A DNA stretch of 63,268 bases, counting the filler, from Asterionella formosa (taxonomy: Eukaryota): assembly GCA_002256025.1 (NCBI GenBank). It is 9 parts of 9 records of this genome, joined end to end, with 100 filler letters (N's around TTAATTAATTAA, not from the genome) between each part and the next. Parts side by side here need not be neighbours in the genome. Positions count along the whole stretch, not along the records: positions 35,236 to 42,173 come from NKIB01012570.1; positions 42,274 to 49,211 come from NKIB01012571.1; 7 more parts are not named here. One strand, given 5' to 3'. The notes beneath the pieces are model-generated. The model saw only the letters and a program-made list of their open reading frames with translations, searched no databases and was not told the DNA's origin. This document shows, one piece after another, positions 37,014 through 49,208 of the stretch; position 1 is the stretch's first letter; every line of letters starts with the position of its first letter. The translations under genes and the position numbers were made by a program.

Positions 37014-38889
37014 TAGAGAGCGAGTGGAATGGAAGGTAGGTATAGGTAATGATGTGTGATGTTGTAATGTCAAGTGGACTTGAGTCACAATGTAATTTGG
37101 AACGAAGATGAAAGAAAAGGTGCAAAGTATTATGTAGTACCTGGTACACCAGGGCACACGACCAGAGGATATGATGGTTCTTGCAGTTCTCGTCGAGTCT
37201 CCGAGATCGTAACACAGTGTGATACCGTACGATCTCAGCTGTACAAAACATATCGTGCATGTATACACAGCATACCGGTAGTACCAGCACTAGGTACCAG
37301 GTACCAGGCTCCTCTGGTCCTCCATCCAACAGTACATAATACATAGGAAGCACCGGCAAGAAAAATTTTACCCTACCAGGTACAATGGCGCCGGTTGTAC
37401 CTGGTACAGGTATACCGATACATAATATTCGTAGTATTCAGTTCTTGATATTATCATCTTCTCGGCTGTTCGCGTTCTCAACGCAAGCAGAAGTGCGCAG
37501 CGACACACGACCAGGAGAACAAGAACGTGAAATCATGATGGTGTCGTCCGTGTCGTCATCATGTCATGCAAGCCGATCGATCTTTTGCTTACGTCATACT
37601 TCATAAACCAGTATGTATGTATGTAGCAAGAAATCTTCTACGCGCGCCGTTAGAAAGAATGATGAACGCTGATTAGCTGAATCATGCTGTAATAAAAAGT
37701 AGACTGTACGTTACCAGAACAAGCTAGTAACATATATGTACCAGGTACAGTATGGACGACGACGGAGTACCTTATAAAATGTCGTGTAGAATTTGCCGTA
37801 TGTACTCTTCGTAGCTGTTTGACGGCGTACTGAGTCCTGAATGCTGAGTGACGAATTCTTGAGCCATGAAGAGATGCTCGATGGACGGGGAAGTCTGATT
37901 TCCGTTTCTGTTCAGTTGTGTCCCTCTATTCACTCAAATGAATTCGCTGACTCCTCCCTTGCTGTAATCAAGTTGGAACAGCGGAGTGACTGGCAGAGTA
38001 CGAGATGAGGAAGAAGGTATTTGGTGCAGGTTTATTGCGTTCCCTAACAATCAGGAATCTGATCTGATTCAATCTGGTGGCAGTAACAGTGCTGCGACTC
38101 GCCCGTTGATGTTAGACTGGAAAACTGATGGGTGATTCTATTAGAACGAATTTAAGGAACTATCACACATGTACCAATGCCTTGTTAGAAAAGAAACAAA
38201 GACCAGTTGCCTGCTGCTTCAGCATCGCTTCACTCCTCGTCGGAGTTTCCGCATTCATAGGTTTGTTCATTCGGAGAGAAGCCAAATTGGTTGGTTCTAA
38301 GGTTTCAAATTCAGTTTCTTTCGCTATGGGCTAGACAACCGACTGTCCATCACTTTATTCAGTGAATGAAACCCACTATACCTGTACTTCGAGTAGTACA
38401 CTAGACTATAGCGGTATGTCTTTGACGTCGCCATCCTCGATGACAAATAGTCATGCTGATGCCTAATTAATGATGTCGTCATGGTCGGCGACCAATTCAT
38501 AAGAAGAAGTACCGGTATACACAATATAAGTATTTGGATGAAACATCAAAAAATGGCAATTGTTATGCAAAACAATCTTCATGTTTCCCTCATTATCTAT
38601 AAATATAAATTAAATGGAACCATGGTCCCCAGTATGTACTTCAATCACCACCACAACCACCAAGGCTTCCAACCTCGACCATCACCGCCTCGTTAAGACA
38701 ACAGCACGTCGACGATGCGGGTGTACACTGCTCGGCAACGACGGAGACATTGCACAAGCAGGGCTGTGGCGCCTCTGCAAAACACCATGAAAACAATTGT
38801 TTTTACAGTTCATGAGTGTGCAGAATGTATAGACATGCGCTCTAGTAGGACATTTTGCTTCAATTTATGAATCATATTCATACTAGCAG

Positions 38890-39993
38890 TCAAAGTTCCA
38901 TTAATTTTCTAATCTTTGATTTGAGTTTGCCTCCACCAATGCTGTCGCTCATGGAAAAGTACTCTTCAATTGTGTCACCTCCATTTGCCAGGATTGGTTC
39001 TGACATGACTTCGTTGTAGGCTGTCTCATTGTTTTCTAGATACCGTACAATCTCCAAAGCTCTCTCTGGATGGTCAATGTCATAATAAATAAAAGCCTTT
39101 GCATTGAATATCTTGTAAACATCCAAACTACCCCAGTAAATCGGCACGCACCCACCCAAAAAAGCCATCAAAATCTTTTCTGTTACATATCCATCCATCT
39201 TTGTATTTTCCATCACAAGACAGAAGCGGTACTTGCGGTATCCCTTGAAGTTGAAAATAAAATTAGAGTTTCTTGGTCCTAACGTATCGACCTTTTGAAT
39301 ATTCGCATGGCGAGGTGAATGCACTGGACAGCGTCCACCTTGATGGGTTGGTTGAATTTCCGAGAGTCGGAGGAAGGCAGAATCGCGAAAGGGTTGGCAA
39401 TTGCGAGAAACGTAGATTAAAAAGTGCTGTCGTGTGGAAATTTGTTTCTGTTTGTGATCCAATATCCACGCTTGCACTTTACTGTATGCGTTCATGGAAA
39501 AGAAAAACGAGATTTGAAACACTTGCAAGTAGTGAGGATTATTGTTTGAGCCATCAGGACCAAGTTGATATACTGCTGCTCGATTTATGGCAATGTCTTT
39601 GTTATCTGGTTCCCGAACTATGTAAAGAGATTTTCCAGGAAACATGTTAGCGTCAGTCTCGCATGGACCAAACACTCCAAAAATCAAAATGTCGGTAGAG
39701 GTTGGAGTCGAGTTCTTGGACAAAATTAGCTTGTTCTTGTATTCTGGGAAGACATGGTCTTCAAACCCCCCTGGAGGATAACCGCAAATGAATAAATTCT
39801 TGTTGTTTTTGCGTGTTATACCCATGGCGGATGGGTTCACTTGAGACGGTTCAATCGCGTCGGCGCTCTGAATCGCTCCTCTGCTGATTTCAACTGAACT
39901 CAGAGATAGAGAACAAATTAAGAATGCAGCCAAAAAATATACGGCTAACAAGATGGTCCGCTCCTTCTTAGTCTTTGCACTAACGAATAGCAT
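38890..39993 (-). CDS. Glycosyltransferase family 10 (alpha-1,3/4-fucosyltransferase-like), type II membrane protein
   Basis: N-terminal TM segment and the GT10 motif YRFCLVMENTKMDGYVTEKILMAFLGGCVPIYWGS. Confidence 0.9.
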   Translation of the reverse strand: MLFVSAKTKKERTILLAVYFLAAFLICSLSLSSVEISRGAIQSADAIEPSQVNPSAMGITRKNNKNLFICGYPPGGFEDHVFPEYKNKLILSKNSTPTSTDILIFGVFGPCETDANMFPGKSLYIVREPDNKDIAINRAAVYQLGPDGSNNNPHYLQVFQISFFFSMNAYSKVQAWILDHKQKQISTRQHFLIYVSRNCQPFRDSAFLRLSEIQPTHQGGRCPVHSPRHANIQKVDTLGPRNSNFIFNFKGYRKYRFCLVMENTKMDGYVTEKILMAFLGGCVPIYWGSLDVYKIFNAKAFIYYDIDHPERALEIVRYLENNETAYNEVMSEPILANGGDTIEEYFSMSDSIGGGKLKSKIRKLMEL

Positions 39994-40982
39994 TGCATTC
40001 CAATCTATTTACTTCCTGGTAGACTAATGGTCTCATGCATCATGGTCGGAATGCTATTTTTGCAACAAAAATCGCTGCACACCTATCGGAGGCGCTATCA
40101 ACACATGTGAATTCCGCGGCGGCATGATATCATAAAAATATCCCACGGTTATAATGCCGTTTCCTTTACCGGTAATTTAAAACCCCAACATCATCTACCG
40201 GTACATATCATATTCAGTACCTGGTACCTGGTACCCTGGTACAAGGTACTATTGTCTACCTGTTACAGTGGTCCGTATTTTAGGAACCTCCAATAATTAA
40301 TTAATGTGGACAGGATTACTATCGTCAGACGTATTGAAGAAATTTAGGTAATGGGGAACAATTTGAATAAAACATAAATACCGGAATATATTTAAAAAGT
40401 TGACTGATGGCTGAAACAGCAATCATGGTGTTTCTTGTGTGCGTTTCGTTGATTCCTTCTTAAATTGTTTACTTCAGCCAGTTCGCTTCTTTCTTTCGAA
40501 TACGATATATTTTATGCCGTGTTGGGCACAAAGTCACAAGGGCACAAAGTACATGTTACTGTAGGTTATCCACTGAGTTTATAGTCTACCCGGTACCTGG
40601 TACTGTACATTTAATATATTTTGTACTTACACCACAGTAGCCCAATTACGGGTGGTATTCGGAACAGGAAATAACTTTAAAATATACATAATATGGTAAT
40701 ACGAATACCGTATGTAATATAAATTTACCGGTAAAGCAGTTTGCTTGTTACCCTGTACCTGAACTGTAGTAGCAGTACCAGGTAGACCAGGTGGTACTGT
40801 CCCGTACCGTACCGGTACTTCAATTTGAAGTATCACCGCAGGCAGAACATCATGAATCTGCTCATAAATTGTTAAAAACTGTCAGCATATTTTCGCTCCA
40901 ACAATTCAGCAGCAACCATACACCAACCACAGCATCAGATTTCATTCAGCAAAATCACACGACCAACACAAGAACTAGAATC

Positions 40983-42173
40983 ATGACTACCAAAACCTAT
41001 AATTCGAGTGGCAATTCAGCAGATGTAGCGGAAATGGGCATTGTCAGTCGTCTCTCCTTTTTGGATCGCTTTCTAACTCTGTGGATTCTGATTGCTGCTG
41101 GTATAGGACTTGGGTTAGGTCAAACTGATGGAATGCAAAATTTCATTGACAGCACTACTGTGGGGAGTACAAACATTCTTGTGGCCATTGGACTTGTCGT
41201 AATGATGTACCCACCATTGGCCAAAGTGCGTTGGAATATTGTACATCGAGTCTTTTCGGATTGGAAACTACTGCTGCTCACGTCATTCCAGAACTGGATT
41301 TTGGGACCATTTGTCATGTTTCTGTTGTCCGCGGCTTTCTTTAACAACGACCCAGGTTTCATGGCAGGACTAAGTTTGGTGGGATGCGCGCGTTGCATTG
41401 CCATGGTCGTGGTGTGGAATGCTCTCGCGGGAGGCGATGATGAATATTGTGCTGCCATTATTGCAGTGAATTCGATCCTCACAATTGGATTGTACTCGCC
41501 ATACGCAGCACTTTTTATTAATGTCCTACCTGATCATATGGGTATCCCTTCCCTGGATGTGACTGTGTCCATCGGTGAAGTAGCCAAGAATGTGGGCATT
41601 TACATGGGTATTCCGTTTGCACTTGCAGTCGCAACATGGCTTATCTTGACCCACTGGAAAGGACAAAAGTGGTATTATGACTCTTTTACACCCCGGATTG
41701 GTGTCTTCACGCTGTTGGCATTGCTTTTTACTATTGTTGTCTTATTCGCCTCTCAGAGTCAGCGCATCACGTCCAATATTGGGAAAGTGCTGTATGCGGC
41801 TGTACCCTTGCTGATCTATTTCTTCTTCATGTTTATCACATCGTTTTTGACAAGCTGGTACTTGGGAGCCACATATGAAAAAAGTGTGACACTCTCATTC
41901 ACCGCGGCAAGTAACAACTTTGAACTCGCCCTAGCTGTGGCAATTTCAACCTTTGGATTACAGTCGGATCCTGCTCTGATGAGTGTTGTTGGTGCATTGA
42001 TTGAAATTCCAACTATGCTGGCGCTAGTGTACCTCGCCTTTTGGTTCAAGAAGCATTTATTCCAACCGAAGGATCTTGATGATATCGAAAATAGCTTCGG
42101 CAAAGAAGTTGAGCAACCAAAGGATCCTCAAGATATCGAAAATGGTTGCAACATTGACAACTCTGAGAAACAA
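40983..42173 (+). CDS. ACR3: ACR3-family arsenite efflux transporter, C-terminus cut by the contig end
   Basis: LSFLDRFLTLWI, MMYPPLAKV, QNWILGP, ARCIAMVVVWN, AASNNFELALAVAI..FG, GALIEIP. About ten TM segments, no introns. Confidence 0.93.
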
Positions 42174-43789
42174 NNNNNNNNNNNNNNNNNNNNNNNNNNN
42201 NNNNNNNNNNNNNNNNNTTAATTAATTAANNNNNNNNNNNNNNNNNNNNNNNNNNNNNNNNNNNNNNNNNNNNTGGTCAAACAAGATAAGGCCTCTCAAG
42301 CTTTTATACTTGCCACTATACTAACACTACTAATCCATTTCCTGTGCATTTCTCTTGCATGGAAATTCTACGCAGAGCGAATTATCATACTGAAACCGCT
42401 AACCCTGCTGTTCATGTTTCTACAAATCCAGTGCTTAACTCTATGATGATGTCGGGTTAGGATAAACTGCCAAAGGCGATACCTGCCATCTTTTATGAAT
42501 CTGCCCAGGAAATTTAGAAGACACGAACCCTCCTGTTGGTCAGCTAGTGGCCTTAGTGCGTAAAAAGACAGCAGAATGATACTGAGGAGAACAGATTGCA
42601 TAAGTGCAACAATAGCAATGCCATTATTATTAATATTATTATTATATACTATGTATGAAAAACCTTGAATATGTCTCACATCAGTCATCACCTGGATAAC
42701 ATTTGTTATTTGCAGGGTAATTACAGTCTGGATACCGCCGTTTATGTAATGCGGGTGATATTTAAATTGCATAGAAGGATTCAATATTATCCCAGCATGC
42801 ATGACATCAATGCCCAATTCCGGTCTGGTATGAATATTATACAGGCCTGCCTACGTACTATGGTATATGCTCAGTTCCCTTGCACCTGCAAGTAGAGTCG
42901 GGAAACTTTTTTCTTTCAGAAAATCATTCTTTAAACTTGATTTCTTTCAGAAAATCATTCTTTAAACTTGATTTCTTTGATACATTGAAATTAATTAGGC
43001 GAGCGCAAAACCGTTAAATATTATTTATGTTGAGGTAATTTTACCTTTAGAGTTGAATTTGTGTGTCATTCCAGCACCAAATTGTCAGTTTTGGCAAAAT
43101 GACTGCAGCTTGCTGGTACCTGGTGCTGGTAGTAGCTAAACCCTCTGGGCGAAAACAATTGTGAGGTTTGCCATCATGACGCAAGTTCTGAGCAGCTTAT
43201 TTGTCGGACAGATTAGATTGAAAAAATAAAAATTTTCTAGGTGAGGATTGGCTTATTCGAAAAAATGCGTTTTTAATGAGTTACATAAATGTGAGTAATA
43301 AACTCAACTGCTGCTCATTGTTGCTTAGTAAAACATTTCCTCCTCATGCATAAATTAATAGAAACCAATTGAGCATTCATACTATCATATACCACCCAAT
43401 TACAGCTACAGCTGGGTGCTCACGTATTTGTGGGAAACTGAATAGAGCTTCTCAATATCATAATCATAACATGAATAGAATAACTGTTTTTCCATATATT
43501 CAATACGCATACCGGTAGGTTGGGTACCAGGTACCGGTAGTCTCATCTTCCTCATCGGCCATCGGTATTGAATCAAGCGAATGACGTGTCATGGATTTCT
43601 TTTTGCCATGCTGCTGATGACCGATAATGTGGATACAACCGATATTATCCGACATCATCCGACAAACAACATTCATCATTGATCGTTGCAGGAAATGGCT
43701 ATAGATCCTTAAGAAATACTTTCCCTCTAAGAAGTGCAAATCTCTCCATTCATAGACAATCACCTCCCTCATCTTCCTCTCATTTGATC

Positions 43790-44629
43790 ATGGCAACTGC
43801 GGTGTTCGTGCCGCTTTCGGCGTTTCTGCGTTCACCTTCGTTTCGTTGGGCTGTCGGTGGTTGGTCGTTTTTCATTGCCGAAAATGTCATATTGAGTGAA
43901 AATCGTGGGTACTTGATTCAAATGTTGGGAGACGAGGGATATCATGCAGCTTATGGGACGCTCTCTACGGCCGCCATGGTATCGGTCGCCTACGCCTATC
44001 GGTATAAGTTGGGCGCCTCCCCATACTCATCCGGCGTTCCTTTGTTCCACAAAGGCATGGCATTCGTAAGCGTATCCTTGGGATTGATCCTCGTGTCACA
44101 GACTCTTCCAAAGTTCCAACTACCAGTAACTATGGTGTCACCACCTCCCAGTATTACCAACAATCCTACAGTCGCCGTACCCAACAATCGCTCCTTTCGT
44201 GTCCAGTGTCCGTTTGATTTTACCGACAAGAAATTATCTCATGGCGCCGTGCATGGGATCGAACGCATCACGCGCCATCCGGGATTATGGAGTATGGGAT
44301 TCGTAGGCCTTGGCCAATCCTTCATGATGCTAGGCAATCCAGCAAAAAAGGCCTTCTGGTGTATGCCTTTGTTGGTGGCATGGATAGGAGGATCACATAC
44401 AGATAGTCGACATCGTCGTGGCATGGGGGGAACATTGAGACCAGAGGAAGATGCCATGAGCTCTAACGTTCCATTTATTGCACTGCTGAGGAATGCTGGT
44501 GCTTCTGGGAGCATGTCGTGGGATGAATTTAAGGTTTTGAATGCTTTTATTGCAGTCGCCATGTCAGGACTGTGGGTCTGGCGCACTGGACGAGTTCCCA
44601 AACCCATGATCATGGCAATGGCGAAGTAA
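43790..44629 (+). CDS. NnrU-family integral membrane protein (Z-ISO/NnrU superfamily)
   Basis: R..LI..LG..GYHAAYGTLS, GIERITRHPGLW, HTDSR and SSNVPF motifs with several TM helices. Confidence 0.75.
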   Translation: MATAVFVPLSAFLRSPSFRWAVGGWSFFIAENVILSENRGYLIQMLGDEGYHAAYGTLSTAAMVSVAYAYRYKLGASPYSSGVPLFHKGMAFVSVSLGLILVSQTLPKFQLPVTMVSPPPSITNNPTVAVPNNRSFRVQCPFDFTDKKLSHGAVHGIERITRHPGLWSMGFVGLGQSFMMLGNPAKKAFWCMPLLVAWIGGSHTDSRHRRGMGGTLRPEEDAMSSNVPFIALLRNAGASGSMSWDEFKVLNAFIAVAMSGLWVWRTGRVPKPMIMAMAK

Positions 44630-45910
44630 TCATCATATGCTACATGATTCTAGTACATTGAGATATATAGTATGAGCACCATTGCATTCTTTCACAATGG
44701 TAGTTATCAAGGAATTTAGCAAACCCTGTCGACAATCAATATGTCCGTGCCCTTATCAACATTGTGTGCTCATTAAGATACATTGCATGCTCCTAATTGC
44801 TTCTTTGAGCTTTTTCAAAAATATATATATATTAAAAGCGGGAATGAATGTCAAGTCTCTCATGATAAGTCCTGATGACAAAAACATGTGACCACTATCA
44901 GGACTGAAATCATGCATCATGATGCTAGGAAGAAGAAATTATTACTTTTCTCTGGATGAAAAGAGTTGTAGTGACTCAAGTGCCAAACCGCTTCTTTTTA
45001 GGATGAATTATTTAGAAAGCATACCATTCTTGTGTCTGAGAATCAGCTTGCCCAAAAAAAATTATGAGTTACATAAATAAGAATTGAAGCTCTCAATCAC
45101 TAATTAAAGGAATTCCTTGTCCATAATTAATCAGACCATTGAGCATGTAAACTTCCATTGGGTATACATTTATACTGCCCAATGTTGCTTTAGCCAGCTG
45201 CTCAAATATTGCGGGAAAAGGAAACAAAATGTCACTAAGATAATTAAACATAAATAGAATAGCAGTCATTTCATCTAGTTTTCAAGGTTGTTGAATGTGC
45301 ATGGACCACACTGACAGATATTTAATTGAAAATCAACAAAAAAAGAAGAATTCCAGCAGTATTTTCTTCTTCCCCATCATTGCCACTTTAATTGTTGCCC
45401 ATTTCATTGTCAAAAATATGGTGTCATTGTTCTGATCTTGTATCCTACCTTTTATCATGTTTGTTGTTAATAGATGGCTCAAAATATTTGATAATGTTTA
45501 TGCATCTGCATTTGCTAAATACTAGGGCCAAAAGCAACAATCGAAAATGCATAATACTTTTTATTGGGGAGGCGCCAATGTTAAATTGACTGCATGTATT
45601 GAGTACATAGCTTGGTACCTTGCTTATGTGATGGCGCATGTTAGGCAGGGCGATTAATGAGCCGGAGAATTTGAGTAACAATCGCCCCAATTGCTTTCAA
45701 CCAGAAGGAGTTTTTTTGCTGCTGTTGTGTGATTCTGATGATAATAAATATAAATATTTATGCATATAAATTATTAAGTAAATTTTAAAGTATGCTATTG
45801 TAGGAGAAGAACTTGACAATTGTGGAGGTTGTTATGTCGCAATTTGCCCCCCAGAGGGCCTTAGACCTGCTTGTTTTCAACCTCACCACCCGGAACCCAT
45901 GGGACTACAT

Positions 45911-45986
45911 AAAAAAGCAGGTGGAAAAGCGGGAATCGAATCCGCCACCTCAGAAGGTGAGCTAAGAACCAACTAAGCTATTCCCC
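45911..45986 (-). ncRNA. tRNA-like Pol III unit (tRNA pseudogene or SINE head)
   Basis: GGGGAATAGCTTAGTTGG (A box)...GCGGATTCGATTCCCGC (B box/T arm)...TTTTCCA..TTTTTT terminator, with a TA run directly upstream. The anticodon arm is shortened. Confidence 0.6.
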
Positions 45987-46806
45987 TATATATATATCTA
46001 CACATATGACCAGGTCTAATTTAGCTACTGTTTTGGATCAAGTCGAGCTTACCACAGATACTTTTTATTGGTTAAACTATTAGCGTTTTAGTGGATCTAT
46101 TGATTTGTCACTAAGGCAATCAATAGTGGCAGGGTTTTCTCTTTCATTACGAGTATATTGGATTGTCAGGTTCTTAACCTGGTTTTAATTGTCGTTGCTC
46201 ATTTCATAATTCAAATGAACTACTAGCTAATCTCCAAATATCATCTGGGTTTGTTAGATTATACTTTCATAGACATTAAGTTTACAACCATAGAATTATC
46301 ATTTGATTCAAACCATAAGCCTTCCAAATAGGATCATACCAATATCATCTACACACCTTGTGTCCAATCCATTGATTCTTGCAGTCGTGTTGAATAGTAC
46401 CTGGTACTCTAGGTGCTGTTTACTAAATGTGGGTGGTGAACCAAAGTCGACCACCGGTAAATCGACTGGGAGTAGCAACTCTGACGTCATACTTTACTTG
46501 CAGTATCATAGGTTCAGTCGTATAGTTACCGGCATACCGTATGCTGGTACCGGTAGCTACACCTGGTCTGTACAACGTCGGATTATTTGTTTGCAGCACC
46601 ATCATAAATATCATCCTAGTACTGGTACCAGGTAGACTACCTTTTTACCATTTGGTGATGGTTCATCAAACAATCCAGAAGCAAGCAGAAGAAAGCCGGA
46701 ATTCAATACCTTGAGCAGGACGAAATTACTGTGCAGTTTGTATAACAATATAATACCGGTAGACTAGCCTCAAGCAAAGGCCAACCAATCTTCTCAGCAA
46801 CTCACT

Positions 46807-47274
46807 ATGCAAGCAGATTCTTCACTTGCCACAGCGCTCGACGCCGCTTCGATTGGGACAGTCTATCCAGCTCCACGAGGCATCCCCACAGCTTTGTCAC
46901 GATCCTATAATGTGGACGGGACAGTCACTGATTGTCTAGTGCAGCTCTTTGCTGATCGCATCCTCTTGGGAATTTCGCAGATGGATGGAAAATTGGGATC
47001 ATGGGTCACCTGTGATGTGGAAGAGTCGTTGATTGACTCCAAAACAAGGTTTCGCGTTGATATTGTCCTGGGACAACGGGATGATCCTTTGCCGGAAGTC
47101 TATGCTAGACGAATCACTGAACAAATTGCCAGTTTGCGCAAGTCGAAAGCAGACCCATGTCCTCCGGTTTTACTTGGTATTTCAATCAAGGATCGAGATC
47201 CAAAGATTTTTGGAGTTCTGGTCAATCTGGTCGTCAAACTTTACCAAGAAGCTGTGCTGGTGGCGTCGTCCTGA
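46807..47274 (+). CDS. PSMG3: Proteasome assembly chaperone 3
   Basis: 155 aa; T...Q.FADRILLGISQ.GKLGS...VLGQRDD...VYARRI...VLLGISIK pattern of PAC3. Confidence 0.8.
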   Translation: MQADSSLATALDAASIGTVYPAPRGIPTALSRSYNVDGTVTDCLVQLFADRILLGISQMDGKLGSWVTCDVEESLIDSKTRFRVDIVLGQRDDPLPEVYARRITEQIASLRKSKADPCPPVLLGISIKDRDPKIFGVLVNLVVKLYQEAVLVASS

Positions 47275-48152
47275 TCAATGAAATCGACACCCGTTTTAGG
47301 GGCAAAACAAGGGAGCTAGCTACTAATACACTTATATTTTACACATAACAAGGCACACAAGATCGTCCTAATATGTATATTAACAACTTGCGCAGTACAG
47401 TATTGCTTCATTGTAATCCCACTGGGGTTTTACGCCATCGGATCTTATTGGGGAAGTAAAATATCGATTTTATCACCGATGTGAGCACACAACTACTGCA
47501 CCTAAGTGAGAAATCAAAAATTAACGTGCTCGTTGACGTATCATTTAATCTTCCTGGTACTTTACTCCTAGAAGTAAAAATAGGCTTGGTTTTTGGACAG
47601 ATAATGGCTTGTGATAGTAATCATTGCTTGATAGAAGTTGGTATGTTTCTAAAGATTTCTATTATTGACTTAGAAAAAGCATTTTTAAACATAAATTGAA
47701 ATTATCAATATTCTCAATACACATTTGCTGTACATGAAAAGATCCCAGTGTTACTAGCTATGAGTGTTGTGCTTGAGCTTCCAGATCTTTTGTTGAAAGT
47801 TGACTATTTTTTAAAATGGCTTAACCAGCTGACTTGCTCATAAATTTAATCCAATCGAATTGAATTTGGAGAGAATAAAGCAAAGGAATCAAAGTAAGAA
47901 AAACTTGCCTACTTTTGCTTACCAGTTGGGGGCTCTGTAATACCTAAGCATTCACATCACAATTCGACATTTTGAATAGACATCACACAAAACCATGCCA
48001 GCAACACCATGCCCAAGATATGCTAGGCTAGTTCATCAGATCATTTGTATTCTTTGCACGAAAATGTGTCGACATTGAATGCTTTCAAAACATCCCATGT
48101 ATTTACAATTTTCGGTGAAAATACCTTGTTTCAATTGGTAGATTTCAAGTTG

Positions 48153-49208
48153 TCAGATGCGTCCATATAGTGCACGAATGACTTCATTTCTCCCAGAAAC
48201 TGTAAGTGGAACATCATTGTCTCCATCGTGGTCAGCACACATATGAAATCCACTCGCCTGTAGTAGTTCAGTAACATCCTCCAATCCCTTGAGTCCTGTA
48301 GGAAACTCGAACCGTGTCCTTATGTGAACTTCCTTACCACATAACTCGTTAGGCTCATTTGCAATAACAAGGCGCTGGCTACTCATCTCGGTGGCAGTGA
48401 ATCCCGCCACAAGCTGGTCGCGAAAGAGTTCAGAGTAAAGCGATACGTGGCCACCAACTCCCACGCTGACCTGAACTACTAGACATTTCTTGTTTGGTTT
48501 TTCGTCAAGTGTGCTTGTATTAGGTATCGGTGAAAATCCGAACCGTTGCAGCGTTAGTGCAAGTAGCGGCTTATTGATGCGAGTGGTGCTCGGTACGACC
48601 CTAGCTTCCAGACACAGTCTCATCGAAATTGCGAGAAACAGTTTGGAATATCCCTTTCCCCGTGATGTCTCACCCACAAACATCCCTCGCAATGCACTGC
48701 TGGCAGATTCTCCAATCTTATTCGATGTTTCAACCAGCATGTGTCCGACCAAGTTTCCTAGTGAATCTAGGAATATGAACTTCCGACCAAAGCTGCGATC
48801 TGGCTGGACAGCCACCAGCAGCATCGAGGAGTTGTGCGATAGACTGTGACGGCCATAATCATGTGTATAAATACCAACTAAGCGTGCTTTGCTGGCTCTG
48901 TGATCTAATCTCCTTCGGTGGTCGATCGTTGCCTCCAGTAGATCCACTGCCGCTTCCCATCGCTCGATTCGCTGCAATGGCGTCAATGGCGTGAAATCAG
49001 CTGCTGGAAAGTTTGGAGTCTCGCCATGATGATCCAGCGTGACTTGATCCTTTAACGTGGCGTGAGGGAAGTCTACTTGTTGTGAACAAACACGAAGGAA
49101 AGAGCGACACAAAAGAGCTTCGATCGTACAGTCCTGCAGTAGAAGGACGATCATCAGCACCAGCAGAAGGCACTTTGTTTTCACATTTTCTATTACTATA
49201 TGGCCCAT
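48153..49208 (-). CDS. Signal-peptide-bearing protein with a GNAT acetyltransferase-like motif
   Basis: 351-aa intact ORF with a hydrophobic N-terminus; LRGMFVGETSRGKGYSKLFL (acyl-CoA motif A) and LQRFGF. The start lies at the contig edge. Confidence 0.6.
   Translation of the reverse strand: MGHIVIENVKTKCLLLVLMIVLLLQDCTIEALLCRSFLRVCSQQVDFPHATLKDQVTLDHHGETPNFPAADFTPLTPLQRIERWEAAVDLLEATIDHRRRLDHRASKARLVGIYTHDYGRHSLSHNSSMLLVAVQPDRSFGRKFIFLDSLGNLVGHMLVETSNKIGESASSALRGMFVGETSRGKGYSKLFLAISMRLCLEARVVPSTTRINKPLLALTLQRFGFSPIPNTSTLDEKPNKKCLVVQVSVGVGGHVSLYSELFRDQLVAGFTATEMSSQRLVIANEPNELCGKEVHIRTRFEFPTGLKGLEDVTELLQASGFHMCADHDGDNDVPLTVSGRNEVIRALYGRI

Noticed and set aside
38890..44629. Bacterial contamination or an operon (GT10, ACR3, NnrU)
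   Set aside because: Long AT-rich intergenic regions, a spliceosomal-intron gene on the same contig, the same TACCGGTA signature as the other contigs, and NnrU on a separate contig.
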